64,000 nt of DNA from the NCBI RefSeq assembly GCF_963921235.1, contig NC_086097.1, forward strand, positions 98,210,001 to 98,274,000, in the 5' to 3' direction. The position numbers were made by a program, and so were the translations under genes. This DNA comes from Mobula hypostoma (lineage: Eukaryota). The notes under the pieces were generated by a model. It ran no database searches and was not told where the DNA came from. It was given only the letters and a program-made list of their open reading frames with translations. Position 1 is the stretch's first letter. Every line of letters begins with the position of its first letter. Positions 53,516-64,000 of the stretch are shown piece by piece.

Positions 53516-55460
53516 CCTGGCGTGGATTGACACGTGGAATAATGATGTTGTAGCAATTAGTGAAACTTGGCTACAGGAGGGGCAGGACTGGCAGCTTAAT
53601 ATTTCAGGGTTCCGATGTTTCAGATGTGATCGAGGCAGAGGAATGAAAGGTGGGGGAGTAGCATTGCTTGTTAGGGAAAATATTACAGCAGTGCTCAGGC
53701 AGGACAGATTAGAGGGCTTGTCTACTGAGTTCTTATGGGTGGCGCTGAGAAACAGGAAAGGTATGGCCACATTAGTGGGATTGTATTACAGACCACCCAA
53801 TAGTCAACGAGACTTGGAAGAGCAAATCTGCAGAGAGATAGCAGGCAACTGCAGGAAACATAAAGTTGTGGTGGTAGGGGATCTTAATATTCCTTACATT
53901 GATTGGGACTCTCATACTGTTAAGGGTCTAGATGGTTTAGAGTTTGTAAAATGTGTTCAGGAAAGTTTTCTAAATCAATATATAGAGGGACCAACTAGAG
54001 GGGATGCAATATTGGATCTCCTGTTAGGAAACGAATTAGGGCAAGTGACGGAAGTCTGTGTAGGGGAGCACTTTAGTTCCAGTGATCATAACGCCATTAG
54101 TTTCAATTTGATCATGGACAAGGATAGATCTGGTCCTAGGGTTGAGGTTCTGAACTGGAAGGCGGCCAAATTTGAAGAAATGAGAAAGGATCTAAAAAGC
54201 GTGGATTGGGACAGGTTGTTCTCTGGCAAAGATGTGATTGGTAGGTGGGAAGCCTTCAAAGGGGAAATTTTGAGAGTGCAGAGTTTGTATGTTCCTGTCA
54301 GGATTAAAGGCAAATTGAATAGGAATAAGGAACCTTGGTTCTCAAGGGATATTGCAACTCTGATAAAGAAGAAGAGGGAGTTGTATGAAATGTACAGGAA
54401 ACAGGGGGTAAATCAGGTGCTTGAGGAGTATAAGAAGTGCAAGAAAATACTTAAGAAAGAAATCAGGAGGGCAAAAAGAAGACATGAGGTTGCCTTGGCA
54501 GTCAAAGTGAAGGATAATCCAAAGAGCTTTTACAAGTATATTAAGAGCAAAAGGATTGTAAGGGATAAAATTGGTCCTCTTGAAGATCAGAGTGGTCGGC
54601 TTTGTGCGGAACCAAAGGAAATGGGGGAGATCTTAAGGTTTTTTGCGTCTGTATTTACTAAGGAAGCTGGCATGAAATCTATGGAATAGAGGGAATCAAG
54701 TAGTGAGACCATGGAAATGGCAGATGGAGTTTAACCTAAATGTGAGGTGTGGCACCCTGGTACAACACATGCAAGGAGACAGTACACTGTTAAGGGGCAA
54801 GATCCTAAAGTGTTGCTGAGCAGAGAGATCTTGCCATCAAGTTCATAGCTCCTTGAAAATGGCTACACAGGTCCATAAGGTGGTTAAGGCGGCTTATGGA
54901 ATGCTTGCCTTTATTTGTCAAGGCATGGAGTTCAAAAGTCAAGACACTATGTTGCAACTTTATAAAATTCTGGTCAGGCCACATCTGGTGTTTTGCATAT
55001 GGATCTAGTCGCCCCACTACAAGGATGTGTACAGAAGATGGGGTATCAGGATGCTGCCTGGCTTAGAGGGCATGTGCTATCATGAGAGGCTGGATAAACC
55101 TTGGCTGTTTTCTCTGGAATGGCAGAGGATGAAGGGAGATCTGATAGAGGTTTATAAGATTATGAGAGGCGTAGATAGACGGGGAGTATGTTTCCCAGGG
55201 TTGAAATGTCTAATACCACCTGCTATGCATTGAGGGCAAAAGGGGGTAGGTTCAAAGGAGATGTGAGGCACAAGTTTTTTTTTTACTCAGAGAATGGTAG
55301 ATGGCTGGACTGCACTGCTTGGTAGGGTGTTAGAGGCTTTTGGATGTTTGTACAGGTATATGGATGTTTGGGTATTTTTGATTAGTTTTTTTAGCTGGCT
55401 TGGCACAACATTGTGGGACAAAGAGCCTGTTCCTGTGCTGTACTGTTCTACGTACTCCAT
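53516..55460 (+). mobile_element. CR1 ORF2 endonuclease segment (open for ~390 codons) joined to a more decayed CR1 RT/3' end
   Basis: ORF 53439..54689 (ISETWL, GGGVALL, YYRPP, GDLN, LDLLL, SDH); abrupt jump to WQMEFN at ~54718. Confidence 0.9.
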
Positions 55461-56212
55461 GCATTACCTGCAGCTGTTTGATTTCAGGTGAGCAATTTTC
55501 ATGTATTTTGAAGCCATTGTAGCTCTCAACACTCTTGAAGCAGGGCACAGAATTCTCTTCAAAGAAGAACACTTCACTTCCTCATTTCATCAATTTAACA
55601 GCTGGCTCCTTTTTAAAGTTATTTAAGAAGATCTGAGAACTTTCACACCACCACAGCTTTTTATTAACAATAGTAAGAAGTGACTTAATATACAAAACTG
55701 AGAGCACTAAAGATCACATGAGACGACATGGTGAAATCCAAGAACATATCTTGACTTCATTCGTGGAAAATGTCCTGCTGGATCACATTGGGATCTTTCC
55801 CAAAATTACCTTATTTTTATTGTTGTTTGAATAAAGCACAAGATTGGTAGTGTTCCCTTAGCACTTCTATTCCCAAAGTGTAAGCCAACTGTGAGCTCAT
55901 TGTGCAAATGAAACTCATGACCCTCACTCCAGGTACAACATAGTAGAGCATTAATTAAAAGTCACTTGGCTACCCAGGTAAGCTATACACAGAAACAGGT
56001 TCTGGCCAGTATGGCCCATAGAAGCTTCTCAAGGAATCACCTTGAACTGGATTTTGATAAGAATTTGAAACATACCATCTTGAGACAAGGTATTGATTTA
56101 GTCTGAAGATCTTGAGAAACAAGCTGAAATATAACCCTGGCTTCTTGCCACAGCATCTCAGTTAGTTCATCTCCACAAAGATGGGCACTACTTTTCCTCA
56201 AGGTTTGGCTGT

Positions 56213-56521
56213 TCAAAGATTGACTCGTTCCAGGGGAGAACAAATGTTTTCATCACAACTGGAAATAGGCTCAAGCAATGGAATCTCCTCATTCTGCATT
56301 TCATTTACATCTTCCTTTGGTGCCTTGGACATTTCAAGCTCTGGGATGTCGTCTATGTTTATTATTCTATTCTCCACCTTGGGTTTATTCTTAAATTGAG
56401 GGCAAGGTCTCACAAGGCAGCCATTCTCATCAGTTTTATAGATTTTTAGAGCATCTTCCCTTCTTAATCTTTGAATAAGTGCTAATTCCTTCAGTTCATA
56501 AGGAAGTTCCAAAGAGGTGGT
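56213..56521 (-). CDS. EXD1: EXD1 last coding exon (TTSLELPYELKELALIQRLRREDALKIYKTDENGCLVRP...RVNL*)
   Basis: AG acceptor at 56522-56523, phase 0; resembles EXD1 MELPEELLQLKDFQKQRREKAAREYRVNAQGLLIR; TGA at 56213; minus-strand AATAAA at 55816-55821 and 55660-55665. Confidence 0.82.
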   Translation of the reverse strand, partial: TTSLELPYELKELALIQRLRREDALKIYKTDENGCLVRPCPQFKNKPKVENRIINIDDIPELEMSKAPKEDVNEMQNEEIPLLEPISSCDENICSPLERVNL

Positions 56522-57732
56522 CTGGTAAAAACAAACAGATAACTGTTACCAATGCATATTGGAAAAATAAAAACCTAATCAATCAGGCAAACTGCCTTTA
56601 AACATCCAGACCTCATCAATCAAAAAAATGGAAGAATCACAACATAACTTTAAATGAACACATCATTCAGAGGTTCATAAAATGAACAAGGACAAGAATG
56701 GTAGACCAGAATATTGGTGAGCCACTCAGGATAATCATCAGAACTGGGACTACCACTACTTATCACTCATGGTGAGTGCGTTTCCTGCTTCTCATTAACA
56801 CAGTGTTACTTTCAAGTCATTTAAACAGCCTAGCAAACGTGGATCGCAAGAAACCATGAAATGAATTGTATGATGGCAACAGTGTATTTGTTCTATAGAA
56901 CATACATACAGAGCACAGGATCAGACTTCAAGGCCTACAATACCAATTTAAACTAATCCCATCTTCATGCACATGGTCTGTATCCCCTGCATTCCCTGCC
57001 TGTTTAAATGCATCTTAAACATTGCTATTGTATCCGCTTTCACCACCTTCCCAGCAATGAGGTACAATGCCTTAAAAAAAATAAGACTCTAAATCAAAAA
57101 TAAAACCCTAGACTATATGAACAAAAAATGTGTTCATCAACCTGAAATGTTAACTTCAGTCTCCATAGATACTGCTTGACCTGCTAAGGATTTCTAGCAT
57201 TTCCTATTTTAAATGTCAGACTCAATAGATGTGTTGAAAAACTATTCTGTTCAAACCTACAGTTTTTCAAATAGATTTTAAAAAGCTGAGTTTAATGAGA
57301 CTTAGGATTTGCAAAAAGACCCAGAGTGTGTTTTGCTGTTCAGTGATACAGGAATATGGCCTACTCTAACTCTGGAAAGAGGGTGGGGAAGTGAGAGGCA
57401 TTTAAGGTGAAGGGAAATAAGTGCCAGGGAAAACACTGAGCTTCCTTTAATTCTGAAAGCACTGTTTTGAATGGAGCTCATGCCATTTACAGACCTTCTG
57501 TCCAGCAAAACACTGCATAAGTGATATCGCAGCCACATGCTGCATGCTACCCTTGTGCATATTGAGTTATCGAGTGGCATCGGTACACATATTTGTCATT
57601 CTGAGTAGGAGCCTACAATAGCTGCCACAGAGACGAAGCCATTCAATTGGCTCATGCACGAGAATTTCAAGGTGGGTTTCATCTAATGGGCTCGGCAGTG
57701 CTGCCAAATCTGCTTTGCCATTGCACAGCATA

Positions 57733-58300
57733 TACACTGTGGCCACTTTGAGGTACAGGAATGCAACCTCAAAGTGGTCAGAGGTGTGGAACCTGATATG
57801 GCCTTCTGCTGCTGCAGTAGCTCAACCAATTTAAAGCTCGACATGTGTGTTCAGAGATGCTCTTCTGCACACAACTGTTGTAATGCACAATTACTTGAGT
57901 TTCTGTCACCTTCCCGTCTGGCTATTCTCCTCTGACTTCTCTCATTAACAAGGCATTTCTGCTCACTGGAAGTTTTTGGTGTTTTTCGCGCCACTTTCTG
58001 CAAACTTGGAGCTGGGGTTCCCAACCCGGGGTTAATGCTTAAGGTATTGGCCCATGGCTGAGAAAAGGTTGGGAACCACTGCTCTAAAGACTGTTGGGTA
58101 CAAAAAGTAACAGGAGATCAGAAGTTTCTGAGATATCCAATGGCCATAGTCACTTGGACCACATTTCTTTCCAATTCTGATACTTGGTCTGAACAACAAC
58201 TGAACCTCTTGACCATATCTGCATGGTTTTATGTATTGAACTGCTGCTGCAATTGGCTGATTAGATATTTGCATTAATGAGGCATACAAGTGTATCTAAT
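57733..58300. mobile_element. Tc1-like non-autonomous element containing a 70-bp hAT MITE (58012-58081)
   Basis: TACACTGTGGCCACTTT start; inner TIRs CTGGGGTTCCCAACC / GGTTGGGAACCACTG. Confidence 0.55.
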
Positions 58301-58766
58301 ACTGAATGTGGTTTTCTTATACTAAGTGCTAAAGACTTTGCAAGGAATTGGTCGATCTGCAGAATTTAGAATTACAGACGAGTAAGATTTCAGAATTACA
58401 TACTTCAGCAAATCAGGCACAATTTTTGTGGAGAGAAGAACAAGTTACAGTCCTCAACAGACTACTCCTCCGTTAAAGTGTTTGCCTTTCAGAAATTCCA
58501 AGGACTCTGCAAGTAAGCAGCTGTAACATCATTTCTTCTGCTGTGTAGTTTCAACATCAAACCAATCCCCACACCTTCCACAATCTCACATTTAGTGATG
58601 AGTAGCAAGGATTTGCCTAAGGCAGCAGCCACATGAAAAGTTTTTGATCTGCTTAAGCACTCCCAGCAAGTTGGTCTTCAGCATGTCATGGAGATCAGAA
58701 TAAAGATGAGCAGTATAACTAAAAAGAGGCTTGGAGGCATTTTCTTGATTGCCCAACAGCTCTTAC

Positions 58767-58958
58767 CTCAGCACCTCCGAAAGTAGTGCTGGGCATATTT
58801 CTGTACATGCTCAGGTAGTTGTCCACTTGAGTTGTGAAATCCATCATTAACTTGTCCATCAAAGTACAGCGGAGTGGAAGGAGAAACATCACTTCTAATG
58901 CTGCGCTCTTCATCAAACTTGGGGGGAGTGGACGAGAACTCCACACCTTTGGATTAAC
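58767..58958 (-). CDS. EXD1: EXD1 (exonuclease 3'-5' domain containing 1) penultimate coding exon (VNPKVWSSRPLPPSLMKSAALEVMFLLPLRCTLMDKLMMDFTTQVDNYLSMYRNMPSTTFGGAE)
   Basis: 192 nt, AG/GT boundaries, phase 0; resembles the recalled human EXD1 segment ENPEVWFIRPVSPSLLKILALEATYLLPLRLALLDEMMSDLTTLVDGYL; EXD1 neighbours CHP1 in human. Confidence 0.88.
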
Positions 58959-59469
58959 CTAAACACCAAAGGCAGAAGACAATTAAAAAATGGATGATAA
59001 CCACTGACTTGGTTAGAGTTGTTCCATTGACTTCAAAGTGAAATAACCTGGTTTACACAATGCTGTCAATTATAGGCAAACTTAACCCAACTTACCAGGA
59101 GGCACTGACCCAATGGAAGCTCTGTCTTCAGCAGCAAAGCCTGTATTTAACCAGGTCAGAGGGAAGTGTGTGCAGACAGGTGAGAGTGCATAAAAGTCAA
59201 ACGGAAGTGTGTGGAGAGGTGAGACTGCACAGGAGGTTGGACAGAAGATAGTAGAGAGGCAAGTTACACTTTCAGGTTGGAAGGCAAGTGTGTGGAAGGG
59301 CGGTGTGCACTGAGCTTGGAGGGATATATGTTATGATTTTAATGTGTACAGCCAGGTCAGAGGGATGTGTCTATTCTCGGGTTGGAGGAATGTGTGTGGA
59401 ACTCACAAACACACCCAGATTTATGCTCAGTCTTGGAAGAGGTAAGTGGGTATTCCCAAATACACAGTA

Positions 59470-60365
59470 TGCAACACACTCAAAATGCTGGAGGAACTCA
59501 ACAGGTCGAGCAGCATCTATAGAAATGAACAAACTGTCCATGTTACAGGCTGAGACTCATCAGGACTGGAAAGGAATGGGGAAGAAGCCAGAATAAGGTG
59601 GAGGAGGACAAGCTAGAATGTGCTAGATGAAGCCAGGTGTGTGGGGAAGGGGGATGAAGTCAGAAGCTGGGAGGTGAAAGGAGGAAATGGTAAAGGTTTG
59701 AAGGAGGAGGAATCTAATAGGAAATGAGAGTGCACCATGGGAGAAAGCAAAGGAGGAGGACTCCCTGAGGGAGGTGATAGATAGGTGAGGAGAAGAAAAG
59801 TGAAAAGGGGAGCCAGAGTGGGGAACTGAAGGGGGGGCAGGGAAGAGAGGAAGAAGGGTAAGAGAAATTTACCGTAAGTTAGAAAAATTAATGTTCATGC
59901 CATCAGGTTGGAGGCTTCCCAGACAAAATATGAAATGCTGCTTCTCCAACTGATCTCATTGTGGCATTAGAGGAGACCATGGACTGATATGTCAGAGAAT
60001 TGGAATGGTTGGCCACTGGGAAATCCTGCTTTTTGTGGATGGAATGAAGGTGCTCGATGAAGCGGTTCCCCAATTTACATCCGGTTTTAGCAGTGTAGGA
60101 GGCTACATCAGTACTGCCAGATGATTCCAACAGACTTGCAGGTAAAGTGTTGCTTCACCTGGAAGGACTGTTTTGGGTCCTGAATGGAGGTGAGGTAGGA
60201 GGCGAATGGACAGATACAGTTTGCAGGATCAAGTGTCAGGAGGGAGATTTGAGGGAGGGACAAATGGACAAGGGAATCAGAGAGCAATTCCTGTGGAAAG
60301 CAGAGTGTGGTGGGTGGGGGGGGGAGGTGAAGATGTGTTTGGTGGTATGGTCTCACTGAAGATGG
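59470..60365 (-). mobile_element. Older Penelope-like element remnant
   Basis: IQDPKQSFQVKQHFTC and LGNRFIEHL...DFPVANH in ORFs 60108..60392 and 59903..60130. Confidence 0.8.
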
Positions 60366-60804
60366 TTGTAAAATAAGGGCAGAGTTGAACACAAAGAAAG
60401 GAATCTAAACTTTGCATCATGCATTTGTGTGGGGCATGCTGAGCAGGTCAGGCTGTGGTTAGGTTGATAGGGAGGGAGAGAGGGGGAAGAGGGAGAAGGA
60501 GAGAGCTTGTGGGGTTCAGCAGGAGTGGGGAGAGACAGGGTAAGAGCAGTGCCAGGAGTGAAGGAGTGGTTGGGGGTGCACGTGTACATGTATGTGGGAT
60601 GGAGTGTGAGAAAACGAATCAATATCAGACTACCATTTGGTGATTATAATTTGTTTAAGCTACTTGAAAGCGGATGCATATTGGGTGACCATGTTACAGA
60701 GCAGCTATGTTTGGTCTTCAAGGGGACTATGAGCTCATTGCTGCCTACCACTTTAATTCTCCATCAGACACACTCTGGCCTGTTTGTGGTCTCTTACACC
60801 GTTA

Positions 60805-63545
60805 TAATAACAAGAGCAGAATTAGGCCATATGGTCCATTGGGTCTGATCTGCTATTTCATCATGGCTGATCCATTTCCTTCTCAATACCATTCTCCTGC
60901 CCTTTTCCCATAACCTTTCATGTCTTAATCAAGAACCCATCAACCCGAGTTTTAAATATACCCAGTGATTTGGTTCCCACAGCCACCTGTGGCAATTAAT
61001 GCCACAGATACACTACCCTCTCATCTCCATACTAAATGGACATCCTTCTCGTCTGAGGTTATGCCCTCTGGTCCTAGACTCCTCCACCATAGAAAATATC
61101 CTTTCCACATCCACTCTACCTAGGTCTTTCAACATTAGATAGGTTTTTATGATATCGCCGCCCTGCCCCACCACCACATATGATAAGCCTTTCATTCCTG
61201 GACTTATTCTCATAAACCTCCCCTGAAGCGTCACCAATATCAACATATCCCTGCTTAGATATGGGGCTCAAAACTGCTCACACTACTCCATATTACTATG
61301 CCTCAGTATTACATCCTTGCTTTTATATTCTAGTCCTCTCAAAATGAACGCTAACATTGCATTTGCCATCTGCACCACCGACTCAATCTGCAAATTAACC
61401 TTCAGGGGATCCTGCACAAGGATTCTGAGGATTTTTGAATTTTCTCCCCTCTTAGAAAATAGCCTATGCTTTTATTCCTTCAACCAAAGTACACGAACAT
61501 TTGCATCCCAACATAGTATTCCATTTGACACTTATTTGCTGATTCTCCTTATCTGACCAAGTCCTTCTGCAGCCTCCCTGCTTCCTGAACCTTACCTGCT
61601 CCTACACCTATCTTCATATCATCTGCAACTTGGCGACAAAACCATCAATCTGGCATCCAAGTTATTGACATACAACTTAAAAAGTAGTCCCAACACTGAA
61701 TCCTGCAAAACACCACTAGTCACCAACAACAGAGAAGGCTCCCTTTCTCCCATCCTTTGCCTCCTGCTAACCAGCTTATTGTGAAGCAGCATCAGCTTAA
61801 CCACAACCGACAATGTATTAACGTGCAATGCTTCTTTTTTCTTTTCTTTCTTATAACATAATGAAAGTGAAATGAATGTATGTATAGTAAACAGGGAAAA
61901 AGCAAAGGAAACCCTACCACCCCGTCTCCTTTTCCCTTCCCAGCCCTACCCTCCCCTCACCCCTCCCGTATGTGCTGTTTAGGTCCCACTGCCCCCCACT
62001 CCAAGTTCAGCTGTCGGTCTCTTTTAAATACACCAGTAATGGTTGCCGGATTTTTTCAAATTCCTTGAGTCTCCCTTGCAGAATTCTTAACTCTACCCAC
62101 AAGGATTCTACCTCTTCCGATCCTATGTTACTCCAAGGATTTGATTTCATTTTTTATGAACAGAGCCATGCCACCGTCTCTGCCATCCTTTTGATACAAT
62201 GTGTATCTTTGGACGTTATGCTTCCAGCTATTAACTTCCTTCAGTCACCAGTCAGTGATGCCCATGACATCATACCTGTCAATCTCTAACTGTGCTGCAA
62301 GATCATCTACCTTATTCCGTCTGCGTGCATTCAAACCTAACACCTTCAGTCCTGTATCTGTCACCCTTTTACACTGCAACTCATCCCAGAGACTGCAATT
62401 TTGCCCTATCATCTGCCTGTCTTTCCTGACAGTCTCACTACACACTGCCTCTGCATGTAAACTAACAGCCCTATCACTCCAGTTCCCATCTCTCTGCCAA
62501 ATTAGTTTAAACCGTCCCCAGTAGTTCTAGCAAAATAGCCTGCAAGGATATTGGTCACTCTTGAATTCAGATGTAACCCATCCCTTTTGTACAGGTCAAA
62601 CCTTCCCCAGAAGAGATCCCAATGATCCAGAAATCTGAACCCCTGCACCAGTTTCTCAGCCATGCATTTATCTGCCGAATCATCCTATTCTTACCCTTAA
62701 TGGCGTGTGGCATTCTCTGCAATCCAGAGATTGCAACCCTGAAAGTCCTACTTTTCAGCTTTCTACCCAGCTCCCTAAATTCTCTCTGCAGGACCTTCTC
62801 ACTTTTCCTACCCATATTATTGGTGCCAATATGTACCAAGACTTCTGGCTTCTCTCCCTCCATTGAACACATCCCTGACCCTGGCACCTGGGAGGCAACA
62901 TACCATACGGAGGTCTCTATCGTGTCTATACTCTAATAATGGAATCCCTATCACTCCTGCAGTCCTCTTCTCCCCCATCCCTTCTGAGCCAAAACTCCAG
63001 ACAGTGCCCAAGATCCAGTTGTTGTGCTCTTCACCCGCCAACCCCACCAACCACAATAGGTTATCCCCCTCGACAGTATCAAAAACAGTATAAGTATTGA
63101 GGGGAACAGCCATAGGAGTACTCTGTACTGGCTGCCCATTTCCCCGCTTTCTCCTGAAACTCACCTAGTTACCTGCCTCCTGGAACTTGAGGGTGACTAA
63201 CCTCCTGTAGCTCCTATTACCTCCTCAGTTTCCCGTATGGTCCAAAGGTCTTCAAGCTGCAGCTTCCATTACTTTACATTTTCTCTGAGGAGCTGCAGCT
63301 CAGTGTATCTAATGCAGATGTTGTTCATCAGGGAGGCTGGAGGTCTCCCAGAATTCCCACATCTCACTCAAAGAACACAACACAGCCCCTGGAGCCATTT
63401 ACTTACAGACAAAGAATGAAGGACATACCAGATACATACCTCGTCCAAGCCTTCTCGCTGAAGTCTGACAAGTCAAAGCCTCCCCACTCTAACACTAATA
63501 CTCCCCACTTTACTCCACCAAAGTCAGCTCTGCCCTCTTTATCTG
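60805..63545 (-). mobile_element. Degraded CR1 LINE (ORF1 esterase, deleted ORF2, 3' UTR)
   Basis: ORFs 62567..63164 (CCLPGARVRDV, VHIGTNN), 62245..62445, 61013..61828. Confidence 0.88.
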
Positions 63546-64000
63546 CCCTTGCTAATGAATCACAACTGCACCACTGAAAAGAGCCAAAATCTCACAAAAG
63601 CTTCTTTTTCAAATCTCTTGCTCCTGTACCGGTGTGAAGCCTCCTGCGCCAATTCAACTGTGCTGCCAAAAAATACTCAATTGTCGCTTAAAGAACATTT
63701 GCTCTTCCATCTAGATATGGTGCAGCTTTCTGGGCTCAACTATCAACTCATTTTGTCTGCATCAGAACAGACCATTTCTACTACAACTTATCCATCTCCA
63801 ATTTTGTTTCATTGTTGCCTCTCGTTAGCAGAGCCTGACCTGCTGGATGTGTCCCACAACTCTGCATTTTGGAAGGTGTTCATTCCTTTGTTTTGTGTCT
63901 TCACCTGAACTGCCCTCATTTCATTGCGCTTGTTCACCTTGTCTCTAACTGCCAGTTAACCCACTGAGAGAAAGCTTGTATCATCTGTCCTGCTCTCACC

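Noticed and set aside
53439..54689. 416-aa ORF as a host or domesticated gene
   Set aside because: Closely similar to the CR1 endonuclease at 3037-3747; no exon structure; best explained as a young LINE fragment
59000..64000. Additional upstream EXD1 exons
   Set aside because: No EXD1-like peptide with splice sites recognised; the region is mostly Penelope and CR1 remnants

Overview
Eukaryotic, repeat-dense vertebrate DNA. The repeat mix (abundant CR1 LINEs, V-SINEs, Rex1, Penelope-like elements) suggests a cartilaginous fish, probably a ray; this is inference. Two host genes lie on the minus strand. CHP1 (calcineurin B homologous protein 1) is complete: 7 coding exons, 37069->17605, 195 aa, all introns GT-AG, with a CpG-rich promoter. 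EXD1 contributes its last two coding exons (58958->56213). Here EXD1 is tandem with and upstream of CHP1, whereas the human genes are head-to-head. Nearly everything else is transposon-derived. At 1-10 kb a nest runs Rex1 > Gypsy LTR element > full-length CR1 > RTE-like non-autonomous element. Elsewhere there are many CR1 fragments and Tc1, Tigger/pogo, hAT and Harbinger elements. A young Penelope-like (GIY-YIG) family carries a minimal type I hammerhead ribozyme motif, has 9-15 bp target-site duplications (TSDs), and shows a recurrent inverted (twin-priming-like) architecture. Family names come from manual reading and recall, not database searches.
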